48,697 nt of DNA from contig JBGUIY010000068.1 in assembly GCA_045113475.1 (NCBI GenBank), positions 1 to 48,697 of the forward strand. Direction: 5' to 3'. This DNA is from Christensenellales bacterium (GTDB taxonomy: Bacteria; Bacillota; Clostridia; Christensenellales; Aristaeellaceae). The notes below the pieces were generated by a model. It had not been told where the DNA came from. It ran no database searches and saw only the letters and a program-made list of their open reading frames with translations. A program made the position numbers and the translations under genes. Shown here in pieces: positions 7,058 to 15,443 of this stretch; the stretch's first letter is position 1; each line of letters starts with the position of its first letter.

Positions 7058-9292
7058 TCAGTATCCGCGTTCGAACAGCATGTATTCGCTGTCGTTCATC
7101 TGATAGCGCAGCTGCCCGTTCTCCTCCAGGGTCAGGCGCGCCTCGTCGTAGTACATCTGTCCGTTCGTCATCGTCCAGGTCTTGCCGCCGTCGGGGATGA
7201 TGTAGACCAGCTCGCCGGTGCCGTCGGCCTTCAGCGTCAGCCTCATGTCGATGTTCAGCTTCGCCGGATCCAGGGATACGCCGCCCGTGACCATCGCCAC
7301 GCCGCGCCACGTGCCCAGATAGGGCTCCACCGGGGATACCGGCGCGGGCGCCGGCGTCACCGTTACCGGGACGGGGGGCTCGGTATCGCGCTCAAAGATG
7401 AAGCAGCTGATTTCCGCTTTGTTATATTGCAGGGTGCCGTCATTCAGCAGGAAGAGCGGGATGCCGTTGTAGCGGAACTGACCGTCCACGATCATCCAGC
7501 TGCCGCCGCCGTCGGGGAAGCCTACGGTCAGCTCGCCGGTGCCGTCGGCGTTCAGCACCAGCGACAGCTCGATGCCCGACGCGGCGGGGTCGACAGACAT
7601 ACCGCCCGCGACGATCGCGATGCCGCGCCACCGGCCGATGTATTCAGCAGGATCGATCAGCGGGGGCTCCGGCGTGGGCGCGGGGGTCGGCACGGCCGTC
7701 GGTACCGGCGTGGGTACGGCGGTCGGGACTGCCGTTGGCACCGGCGTAGGCACGGGCGTGGGGACCGCCGTAGGAACTGCGGTAGGGATCGCAGTGGGGA
7801 CTGCGGTGGGAACCGGCGTGGGTTCCGCGGTGGGTTCGGGCGTCCGGACGGGGCGGATCACCGGCAATGCCGTGGCGGGGAAAGAGGGAAAGACCGCCGG
7901 CGCTTTGGTCGGCTCGGAGGTCTGGACGGGAGCGGAAGCCGGCGCCGCTGTCGCCGGGAAAATCGGCCAGAGGGGCCTGGGGGTGTCAGGCGAGGGCTCC
8001 GCGGTCGGTTCGGGCGTAGGCACGGACGTGGGGACTGCCGTAGGAGCTGCGGTGGGGACTGCGGTTGGAACGGGCGTCGGTTCGGGCGTTGGCACAGGTG
8101 TGGGCACCGGCGTCGGTTCCGGCGTGGGCTCGGGGGTCGGGGTCGCCGCCGGGCGCGGCGTCAGCCTGGGCAGGGGCTGCACGGCGCGTCCTGCCGGCGC
8201 GTCGATGCCCAGCGCGGCCAGCGCCGTCTGCGCCTGGGCGATGTCCGCGTCCGTCGCGTTCCAGCCCAGGAGCACCTGCTCGATCTTCGCGTCTTCAAAG
8301 GCGTCTGCCGGCATTTCCGGCACGGACGTCCCCGCGAAAGTCAGCGCGCCGATCTTCATGTCCGAGAAGGCCTCGCTGCCGACCTCTTTCAGCGACGCCG
8401 GAAGCGTGAACTCGGACATCGAAACGTAGGTGAAGGCGTCTCCGTCGATTTTGACGAGGCCCTCGGGCAGTATCACGCTTTCGACGTAGCTGCCCCTGAA
8501 GCACCCGTAACCGATCTCCTTCACGGTATCCGGCAGGACCGCCTGATAAATGTTCAGGTTGCCCTCGTTGAAAGCGTAGTTGCCGATACGGGTGACGGGC
8601 ACGCCGTCGATCTCCGGCGGTATGATCACGTTGACCGCAGCGCCGCTGTATAGTTTGATTTCCCCTTTTCCGGGATCGAAATCAAAGCACTCCGCCGGGG
8701 TATAATCCGGGATGACGGCGTTCCGTCCACTGGGCTGAACGTTCAGCCCTTCGGGCAGCGTACGCAGATACGCCTCCATCTGGTCGTCCGGCACGTAGAG
8801 CACAAAATCCGAAGGCAGGCTCCTGAAGGAGCCGCTTTTGAGCACCGGCACGGGGCCCGTGAAGGTGACCGACTTCAGCGCTTTGTCGAAGGCAAAGCAG
8901 CTTTCGCCGACATAGCAGAGGTTTGCCGGCAGCGTGATTTCCGTCAGCAGAGGACAGCCGTTGAAATTGCCGCCCGCGATGGCGCCCAGGCTGTCGGGCA
9001 GTATGACCTCCGTCAGCGCGGAGGTCTTGTACGTCGCCGAATCGCCGATCGACTGGATGCCCTCTTCAAAACGCAGTGAAGTCACGCTGCCGTTGTTCAT
9101 GAATACCGCGCGCTGTACCGTCGTGACCGGTTTGCCGCCGATCTCGGCGGGCACCGTCACGTCGCCGCCGGGGCCGGTATACTTGGTGATCCGGTTGCGG
9201 CTGTCAACGGTGTAGTCTTCGTCCGCCAGCGCCGTGCAGAATACGCAGCAGAGGCAGAGGGCCAGGGTGAGCAGCAGGATCGTTTTTTTCAT
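7058..9292 (-). CDS. secreted leucine-rich-repeat (BspA/LRR_5-like) surface protein with Pro/Thr linkers and a duplicated C-terminal domain
   Basis: Start at ATG 9292 (MKKTILLLTLALCLCCVFCTALA signal peptide), with GGAGG upstream. Repeated units of the type xVxLPxxLxxIGxxAFxxC. Long PT-rich linker. Two ~90-aa C-terminal repeats (YIGRWRG.../YLGTWRG...). Confidence 0.75.
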   Translation of the reverse strand: MKKTILLLTLALCLCCVFCTALADEDYTVDSRNRITKYTGPGGDVTVPAEIGGKPVTTVQRAVFMNNGSVTSLRFEEGIQSIGDSATYKTSALTEVILPDSLGAIAGGNFNGCPLLTEITLPANLCYVGESCFAFDKALKSVTFTGPVPVLKSGSFRSLPSDFVLYVPDDQMEAYLRTLPEGLNVQPSGRNAVIPDYTPAECFDFDPGKGEIKLYSGAAVNVIIPPEIDGVPVTRIGNYAFNEGNLNIYQAVLPDTVKEIGYGCFRGSYVESVILPEGLVKIDGDAFTYVSMSEFTLPASLKEVGSEAFSDMKIGALTFAGTSVPEMPADAFEDAKIEQVLLGWNATDADIAQAQTALAALGIDAPAGRAVQPLPRLTPRPAATPTPEPTPEPTPVPTPVPTPEPTPVPTAVPTAAPTAVPTSVPTPEPTAEPSPDTPRPLWPIFPATAAPASAPVQTSEPTKAPAVFPSFPATALPVIRPVRTPEPTAEPTPVPTAVPTAIPTAVPTAVPTPVPTPVPTAVPTAVPTPVPTAVPTPAPTPEPPLIDPAEYIGRWRGIAIVAGGMSVDPAASGIELSLVLNADGTGELTVGFPDGGGSWMIVDGQFRYNGIPLFLLNDGTLQYNKAEISCFIFERDTEPPVPVTVTPAPAPVSPVEPYLGTWRGVAMVTGGVSLDPAKLNIDMRLTLKADGTGELVYIIPDGGKTWTMTNGQMYYDEARLTLEENGQLRYQMNDSEYMLFERGY
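7660..8175 (-). repeat. Pro/Thr-rich low-complexity coding repeats (linker of the LRR protein)
   Basis: Encodes PTPEPTPEPTPVPTPVPT... and TPVPTAVPTAIPTAVPT... runs. The DNA is quasi-repetitive (GGCACGGGCGTGGGGAC-type units). Confidence 0.7.
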
Positions 9293-9382
9293 GGTACGTC
9301 CCTCCAGTCGTGTCGGCCGTTCAGCAAACGATTTTAAGTACATTGAAAGGGTTCCGTTCTGCTTTTCGGGTTTTTGTGACGC

Positions 9383-9411
9383 TTGACGCGGGAATAAAGG
9401 CAGTATATAAT
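9383..9411 (+). promoter_or_regulatory. sigma-70-like promoter for 9441-9647
   Basis: TTGACG (9383-9388), 17-nt spacer, TATAAT (9406-9411). Confidence 0.45.
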
Positions 9412-9440
9412 CAGTCTGAATTCAGAAAGGGGGCGGTCCC

Positions 9441-9647
9441 ATGCGGGAAAAGCCGAAGCGGTATGTGGTCATCCTTCATGGCGTTATGGCTGTGCTGGGC
9501 CTGACTGCGCTGGTTCTGGGGATCCGGAACGGCGATTTTTTAAAGTGGTCCGCAAAGAATGTGCTGCAGATATTCACGTTCGGGGCTTGGCCCGTCATCT
9601 TTGCCGCGGATCTGAAAGAATACCTGGCGGGCAAACGCAAACAATAG
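9441..9647 (+). CDS. small hypothetical membrane protein (68 aa)
   Basis: AAGGGGG RBS upstream of the ATG. Two hydrophobic helices. Followed by a hairpin terminator. Confidence 0.5.
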   Translation: MREKPKRYVVILHGVMAVLGLTALVLGIRNGDFLKWSAKNVLQIFTFGAWPVIFAADLKEYLAGKRKQ

Positions 9648-9651
9648 AAGG

Positions 9652-9684
9652 GCGGCCGTGATCTGACGCGGCCGCTCTTTATTT
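9652..9684 (+). terminator. rho-independent terminator
   Basis: GCGGCCG (9652-9658) pairs with CGGCCGC (9669-9675). Followed by TCTTTATTT. Confidence 0.5.
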
Positions 9685-9701
9685 GGCCGCGCCGGGGAGG
9701 A

Positions 9702-10208
9702 TCACACCTTCATCCCCAGTTCCAGCATCAGCTCGTCCTCGAAAGCGCTGAACCCTGTCAGCGACATGCCCTGCAGCTGCAGGAAGCGCACGGCTCCCGC
9801 GTTGATGCCGGACACGTACGCCCGCAGGGAGACGGCGCCGGCGCTTTTCGCCATGGTGCGCACCCGGGAGACCAGCAGGGAGCCGTATCCCCGGCGGCGG
9901 TATTCGTCCTCCACCAGCAGGTTGGTGATGCGGGCCACCCGGCCCTCGTGCTCCATGGCCAACTCCGCGTAGCCCACGCGCTCGCCCGCGTTGTCGATCA
10001 GGGTGACCACGCGGGCGTCCATCAGGCGCGGGTCGTAGATGCGCGTGATGTAGTCCACATGCCTGCGCGGCATGGGAACGACGTTCAGGCGCGCCTCAAA
10101 GCCGTTTTCCGTCTGGGCCAGTTCCGGCACGAAGCAGGCGGAGGTATCGAAGATATAGCGCAGCTCGCCGCCGGCAAACTCCGCCTTGGGCAGTTCAAGA
10201 AAGCGCAT
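9702..10208 (-). CDS. GNAT family N-acetyltransferase
   Basis: 168 aa from ATG 10208, which lies 2 nt after the upstream stop. Acetyl-CoA-binding-type motif VEDEYRRRGYGSLLV. The longer ORF-track frame runs into the upstream gene. Confidence 0.75.
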   Translation of the reverse strand: MRFLELPKAEFAGGELRYIFDTSACFVPELAQTENGFEARLNVVPMPRRHVDYITRIYDPRLMDARVVTLIDNAGERVGYAELAMEHEGRVARITNLLVEDEYRRRGYGSLLVSRVRTMAKSAGAVSLRAYVSGINAGAVRFLQLQGMSLTGFSAFEDELMLELGMKV

Positions 10209-10210
10209 GA

Positions 10211-11119
10211 TCAGTCGAGGCTTTCCGGATAGTCGCCCTTGTCGTGCAGGGCCTTGAGGGCGGCCTGCACCGTGGCCTTGTCCTCGTGGTAGGTGATGCC
10301 GAACCAGACCGCGTTGGTCTCCAGCACCTCCACGGGCAGGCTGACTTCGTGCATCAGCTGGTCCACCAGCGCGGGCAGCACGTATTCTTTCTTCAGGGGA
10401 TTGCCCTCGGGACTGTTCAGGAAGTCCGCGAAGTGGGCTTCCGCCGTTTCGAAATACCAGGGGGTGAAGCCCCAGAAGTTCATGGATACCAGGGCGTTTT
10501 CCTTCAGCGGGACGCCGGCGGGATCGTTCTCGAAGTCCTTGATCACGCCGTCGGTGTCGCGCTTGATCTTGTAGGTCTCGGTGACCTTCACGAGGTGGCC
10601 GGATTCGTCCGTGTCGCACACGCCGCGGGTGACCGTGCCGTTTTCGGAAATGGTGTTCTTCAGGTAATAGGCCACCATGGAGGCCTTTTCGCGCTCGTTC
10701 TGCATGCGGTGCAGGCAGTCCGCCATGGCCTGGAAGGCGTCCTTGCCGTAATAGTCGTCCGCGTTGATGACCGCGAAGGGCTCGTGGATCACGTCTTTCG
10801 CCACCAGCACCGCGTGCACGGTGCCGTAGGGCTTGGTGCGCTCAGCCGGGGCTTCGAAGCCCGCGGGCAGGCTGTCATACTCCTGATAGGCGTAGTGGAC
10901 CTCGACCTTTTTCGCGATCTTGTCGCCGATCATCTGGCGGAAGATCTCGTCCATGGATTTGCGGATGACGAAGACCACCTTGTCAAAACCGGCCTGCAGC
11001 GCGTCGTAGATGGAGTATTCCATCAGGATCTCCCCGTGGGGGCCGATGCGGTCGATCTGCTTATTGCCGCCGTAGCGGGAACCCAGTCCCGCTGCCATGA
11101 TCAGAAGCGTCGTTTTCAT
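10211..11119 (-). CDS. sugar-phosphate nucleotidyltransferase family protein
   Basis: 302 aa. N-terminal LIMAAGLGSRYGG nucleotide-binding loop typical of NTP-transferase fold enzymes. Forms an operon with the downstream GNAT gene. Confidence 0.7.
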   Translation of the reverse strand: MKTTLLIMAAGLGSRYGGNKQIDRIGPHGEILMEYSIYDALQAGFDKVVFVIRKSMDEIFRQMIGDKIAKKVEVHYAYQEYDSLPAGFEAPAERTKPYGTVHAVLVAKDVIHEPFAVINADDYYGKDAFQAMADCLHRMQNEREKASMVAYYLKNTISENGTVTRGVCDTDESGHLVKVTETYKIKRDTDGVIKDFENDPAGVPLKENALVSMNFWGFTPWYFETAEAHFADFLNSPEGNPLKKEYVLPALVDQLMHEVSLPVEVLETNAVWFGITYHEDKATVQAALKALHDKGDYPESLD

Positions 11120-11200
11120 ATTCGTTTCCTCCGTGCGAACCGATATTCGCAGGCTGTGCGCCTGCCGTATATTTGCGAACCGCGCTTATACAGTGCGCGG

Positions 11201-12343
11201 TCAGCTTTCTGATGTCTCCAGCACCGCCGCGCTCTCCTTCAGCAGCCGGATGACGGGCAGCTGCTGCGGGCACGCGGCCTCGCACTGCCCGCAGGCGATG
11301 CAGTCCGTCGCCCGTCCGTGCTCCTTCGTCGCGTTCCGGTAACGCCGGCGGGAGGCTTCGGTGGTGTTATAGATCAGGTGCTCGTTCATCGCCCGGAAGA
11401 TATCCGGGATCGGGATATTCATCGGGCAGCCGTCCACACAGTAGCGGCAGGCGGTGCAGCCGATGCTCTTCACGCTCATCAGCGCCCGGCGAGCCTGTTC
11501 CACCACGGCCAGCTGTCCGGCGTTCAGGCCGGTGAAGCCGGTCATGGTCTTCAGGTTGTCGCGCATCTGGTCAATGGCGGACATGCCGGACAGCACCGTC
11601 AGCACGCCCTCCTGCGAGGCAGCAAACCGCAGTGCCCAGCTGGCGGGGGAGGCCTCCGGATCGGCGGCGGTCAGCACGTCGCGCACGCGCTCTGGCGGGT
11701 TGGCCAGGGTCCCGCCCTTTACCGGCTCCATGACCACCACCGGTTTGCCGTGCGCACGCGCCACTTCGTAGCAGCGCCGGGAGGCGACACGGCTGTCCTC
11801 CCAGTCCGCGTAGTTGATCTGCAGCTGCACGAATTCAGCGTCGGGGTGTTCGGTCAGCAGCCGGTCGAGCAGCTCGGGGCCGGCGTGGAAAGAGAAGCCC
11901 CAGTGCCTGATCAGGCCTTCCGCCTTCATCCTGGCGGCAAAGTCCCAGATGCGGTATTCGTCGTACATGGGCAGGTTGCCCAGGCCGACGGCGTGGAGCA
12001 GATAAAAGTCGAAATATCCGGCTTCGGTGCGTTCCAGGCTGGTAAAGAGCTGGCGCTCCGCGGCCTCACGGTTTTCCGCCACCCGGGCGTTCAGCTTGGT
12101 CGCCAGCAGGAAGCGCTCCCGCGGATACCGCCGCACCAGCGCGTCCCGGGCCGCCTCCTCCGACAGGCCGCCGTCATACACGAAAGCGGTGTCAAAGTAG
12201 TTGAAGCCCTTCTCCAGGAACAGATCCGTCATTTCCATGATCTGCTCGATATCCATGGCGCCGTCTTCACGCCTGGGCAGGCGCATCAGCCCGAAGCCAA
12301 GCTTTCCGATCCCGTTTATCTCCAGCTCGCTCAGCAAGACCAT
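11201..12343 (-). CDS. aldo/keto reductase fused to a 4Fe-4S ferredoxin-like domain (paralog of 4711-5832)
   Basis: Start at ATG 12343, with GGAGG upstream. Motifs LGFGLMRLP, YFDTAFVYDGG, CTACRYCVDGCP and CIACGQCEAACP. Roughly half the residues match 4711-5832 by eye. Confidence 0.8.
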   Translation of the reverse strand: MVLLSELEINGIGKLGFGLMRLPRREDGAMDIEQIMEMTDLFLEKGFNYFDTAFVYDGGLSEEAARDALVRRYPRERFLLATKLNARVAENREAAERQLFTSLERTEAGYFDFYLLHAVGLGNLPMYDEYRIWDFAARMKAEGLIRHWGFSFHAGPELLDRLLTEHPDAEFVQLQINYADWEDSRVASRRCYEVARAHGKPVVVMEPVKGGTLANPPERVRDVLTAADPEASPASWALRFAASQEGVLTVLSGMSAIDQMRDNLKTMTGFTGLNAGQLAVVEQARRALMSVKSIGCTACRYCVDGCPMNIPIPDIFRAMNEHLIYNTTEASRRRYRNATKEHGRATDCIACGQCEAACPQQLPVIRLLKESAAVLETSES

Positions 12344-12566
12344 CCGTCCTCCTTCACAAGTCTTTGCAACGGCACACAATCATCCGTTTACATTGTACAC
12401 GTTCTGCAAAGGTTTTTCAAGAGGGATGCGCCCGAATCACAGGGCGGAACGTGCGTGCGGCGGATCCGGCGTTGACCGCGCGGGGAAATCCGATTATAAT
12501 AATGAAGCCGTCCGGACTGCCGGAGGGCATGAGCCCAATTATTTATTTCGAAGGACATCACGCGAT

Positions 12567-13778
12567 ATGAAGAAATGGATCGGTTTGGGCCTGCTGTGCC
12601 TGCTCCTGCTCGCAGGCGCGGCCATGGCGCAGGAGGCGGAGGATATCACGGCGCAGGCGAAGGTGAAGGCCTCGTCCCTGGATAAGCGATTTAAGACCTA
12701 TGCCATGGAATGCTCCCTGGACCGCGATTATACCACGCAGTGGCGGAGCAAGAAGGAGCGCAGGGCCAACCTGGAGATCACGTCCCAGGAACCAGTGTAC
12801 GGTATTTATTTCTGCAGCGGCATGGAAGCGCCGGAGCCCTGGGTGGTGGAGGTGCTGGACGGCAAAAGTTGGACGGTGGCCGCCCGGGCCGACGGGGTGT
12901 ACGGGCACGAGTACCTGGCGCTGGAGGGCCTGACGCACTTCCGCATCCGGCTGGAGACCACGGCGCTCAAGGTGTTTGCCGTCAACGAGCTGTTCCTGCT
13001 CGGCGAGGGCGACGTGCCCGGCTGGGTGCAGCGCTGGGAGCCGCCGGTGGAAAAAGCCGATCTGATGATCCTGGTCGGCCATCCGGACGACGAGATGCTG
13101 TTCTTCGGCGGCATGATCCCCACCTATGCCGGGGAAAAGGGCATGAAGGTGGTGGTCTGCTACCTGACCTGCAATTATCCCAGCCGCCGCAGCGAACTGC
13201 TGAACGGCCTGTGGTACTGCGGGGTGCGCAATTATCCCGACATTGGCAATTTCTGGGACAAGTATTCCCTGAAGCTGAACACCCAGTACGCTACCTGGGG
13301 CAAGGCCACCGTGCTGAGCTACGTGACCAATCTCATCCGGCGTTATAAGCCCGAGGTCATCGCCACGCAGGACGTGAACGGCGAATACGGCCACGGCGCG
13401 CACCGGGTCTGCGCGGACGCCTGCCTGCAGTGCGTGACACTGGCAGCCGACGCCTCGAAATATAAGCCCAGCGCCCAGCAGTGGGGCGTATGGCAGCCGA
13501 AAAAGCTGTATATCCACATGTATAAGAAAAACCAGGTGGAGTTCGACTGGGATATCCCGCTGGCATCCCAGGGCGGCATGACCGGCTACGAGACGGCGGT
13601 CGAGGCGTACAAGCTGTATGTGTCCCAGCAGCAGCCCCAGTACAAGGTAGAACCCAGGGACAGCGCGAAGAGCTGCTACCTCTTCGGCCTGGCTTACACG
13701 GCCGTCGGCCCGGATACCGGCAACGATCCTTTTGAAAACATCGATCCGAAGACCCTGACGAACTGGCGGGGCGACTGA
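12567..13778 (+). CDS. secreted PIG-L/LmbE family deacetylase with an N-terminal beta-sandwich-like domain
   Basis: Start at ATG 12567 (MKKWIGLGLLCLLLLAGAAMA signal peptide). LILVGHPDDEMLFFGG is the PIG-L/LmbE zinc-site motif, and HGAHR lies downstream. Confidence 0.75.
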   Translation: MKKWIGLGLLCLLLLAGAAMAQEAEDITAQAKVKASSLDKRFKTYAMECSLDRDYTTQWRSKKERRANLEITSQEPVYGIYFCSGMEAPEPWVVEVLDGKSWTVAARADGVYGHEYLALEGLTHFRIRLETTALKVFAVNELFLLGEGDVPGWVQRWEPPVEKADLMILVGHPDDEMLFFGGMIPTYAGEKGMKVVVCYLTCNYPSRRSELLNGLWYCGVRNYPDIGNFWDKYSLKLNTQYATWGKATVLSYVTNLIRRYKPEVIATQDVNGEYGHGAHRVCADACLQCVTLAADASKYKPSAQQWGVWQPKKLYIHMYKKNQVEFDWDIPLASQGGMTGYETAVEAYKLYVSQQQPQYKVEPRDSAKSCYLFGLAYTAVGPDTGNDPFENIDPKTLTNWRGD

Positions 13779-15128
13779 TCACTTCAGAAATACGAACTCT
13801 TCCAGCTCGAAGAGGGGCTTCCCTTCGAAGAACTGGCCCATCCAGCCCTCGACGCGGTGGTCGGCTTTCAGGTAAAGCGCGTGCCGGCCCGTGACGGGGG
13901 CTGTTTTGGTGCGGTAAACGCCGTCGCCCGCGCCGACGGCGCACATGCCGATCTCTTTGCCGTCGGGGGCGTCCAGCAGCACATGGACGCGGCAGGGCGT
14001 GCCGCAGCCGCGGGTCTTCAGGGCGATCGTCATGGGTTCGCCGGTATGGTCCTCGCCGAAATCGAAGTATTTGTATCCCATCACGCAGCCGTCGGTGACG
14101 CCTGTGACGACCCGGGTGAACAGGTCCAGCTCGGTCACGTAGCATCCGCCCGTCAGCACGCAGGCGATCTCCGCTTTGGTGATCTGATAGGGATTCAGCG
14201 CGTCCTCGAAGCCCAGTGAGGTCATCTCCACCGGCGGAATGGTGCCGTCGGGCAGGATCTCGATTTTCTCCACGCAGGCGCGGCGGGACATGATGGTGTT
14301 GTTGGTCATGCGGTGGTAGAACACGTACCACTGCCCGTTGATGCAGGCCACGGAGCCGTGGTTGTTGCCGGCAGGATAGTCCACGCCGTTGTCGATGATG
14401 AAGCCGCGGTAGATAAAGGGCCCCCGCGGGCTGTCGGCGGTGGCGTAGGCCAGGCGGCTGCCCCGGCGGGGAGAATAGATCAGGTAATAGCGGCCATTGA
14501 TTTTCCGCGGGGAGCTGGCCTCATAGAACCGCCGCTCCGGGGGCATGGCTTCCGCGTCGTCCACCGCTGGTCCCATCAGGGTGCCGGGCAGCACTTCGCA
14601 CATGCTGTCCGGATCCAGCTCGTTCATCCAGGATTTCTCAAAGCCGTAATATACATATACCCGGCCGTCTTCATCCACCAGCACGCCGGCGTCGTTGAAG
14701 ATGCCGTCATCGCCGACTTCCGCGTCCGCCTCCGCTCCGTTTTCCTTTGTATAACGGTAGGAGGAGAGCAGGCGGAAGGGCCCTTCGGGCCGGTCCGAAA
14801 CGCCGACTGCGCCTTTGGAGCCGACGATATAGGCATAGAGATAGTATTTCCCGTCTTTTTCGACCACGTCCGGCGCGAAGAGGGCGTGATCCGTCCAGGG
14901 CGTGTCCGCGGGCCTTCCGGAAGCGGACGGCAGGGTGCGGAAGCTGTCCCCGTGGCAGCGCCAGTGGTTCAGATCGTTCACGTCCGCCGACCAGACCTTG
15001 AGCTTGTGATCGCAGAAGCTTTCCCCGGACGCCCGGTCGTGGGAGCCGTACAGATACACGCGGTTCCCGAACACCCGTGGCTCCCCGTCCGGAATGTATT
15101 CCCATAAAGGCAAAAACGGATTGGGCAT
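13779..15128 (-). CDS. glycoside hydrolase family 43 (xylosidase/arabinofuranosidase-type)
   Basis: N-terminus MPNPFLPLWEYIPDGEPRVFGNRVYLYGSHD is typical of GH43 enzymes. GGAGG 8 nt upstream. C-terminal beta-sandwich-like extension. Confidence 0.8.
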   Translation of the reverse strand: MPNPFLPLWEYIPDGEPRVFGNRVYLYGSHDRASGESFCDHKLKVWSADVNDLNHWRCHGDSFRTLPSASGRPADTPWTDHALFAPDVVEKDGKYYLYAYIVGSKGAVGVSDRPEGPFRLLSSYRYTKENGAEADAEVGDDGIFNDAGVLVDEDGRVYVYYGFEKSWMNELDPDSMCEVLPGTLMGPAVDDAEAMPPERRFYEASSPRKINGRYYLIYSPRRGSRLAYATADSPRGPFIYRGFIIDNGVDYPAGNNHGSVACINGQWYVFYHRMTNNTIMSRRACVEKIEILPDGTIPPVEMTSLGFEDALNPYQITKAEIACVLTGGCYVTELDLFTRVVTGVTDGCVMGYKYFDFGEDHTGEPMTIALKTRGCGTPCRVHVLLDAPDGKEIGMCAVGAGDGVYRTKTAPVTGRHALYLKADHRVEGWMGQFFEGKPLFELEEFVFLK

Positions 15129-15328
15129 GGATGCGGCCTCCTTTGCCGTTCAGCCGGCCGGGCCTGATGCCGCCGGCGTTTCTGATTATTACTGGTTATT
15201 ATATAAAAAACACCGCCGCGGCGCAAGACCAGGATGTGCTTTCGGGCATTGCTTTTTGGCGGCGGTTTTTGTATTGCCTTTACAGCTGATGCGAGGCGTT
15301 TTCAGGTGTCCTGAATGCCTGCAAACGA

Positions 15329-15357
15329 TTGACAGTCCTTGATTCGCGTGTTATAAT
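15329..15357 (+). promoter_or_regulatory. consensus sigma-70 promoter for the HAD genes
   Basis: TTGACA (15329-15334), 17-nt spacer, TATAAT (15352-15357). Confidence 0.55.
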
Positions 15358-15379
15358 CCTCATGAATTAAACGGACGAA

Positions 15380-15416
15380 AAGCAACCGGAATTTATCCGG
15401 TGTTGCTGCTTTTTGT
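15380..15416 (+). terminator. terminator-like hairpin in the leader between promoter and HAD gene
   Basis: AGCAACCGGA-ATTTAT-TCCGGTGTTGCT followed by GCTTTTTGTT. Lies upstream of the GGAGGA RBS at 15435. Confidence 0.4.
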
Positions 15417-15443
15417 TCTGTTATCAGCGATATTGGAGGATAT

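Noticed and set aside
6557-8653. 698-aa plus-strand ORF spanning the malic-enzyme and LRR-protein genes, including an RRGR/GRR-rich stretch.
   Set aside because: It is antisense to two well-supported genes. The Arg/Gly-rich repeat is simply the reverse-complement reading of the Pro/Thr linker. There is no RBS. The 296-aa GVGTAVGT ORF at 7539-8429 is the same artefact in another frame.
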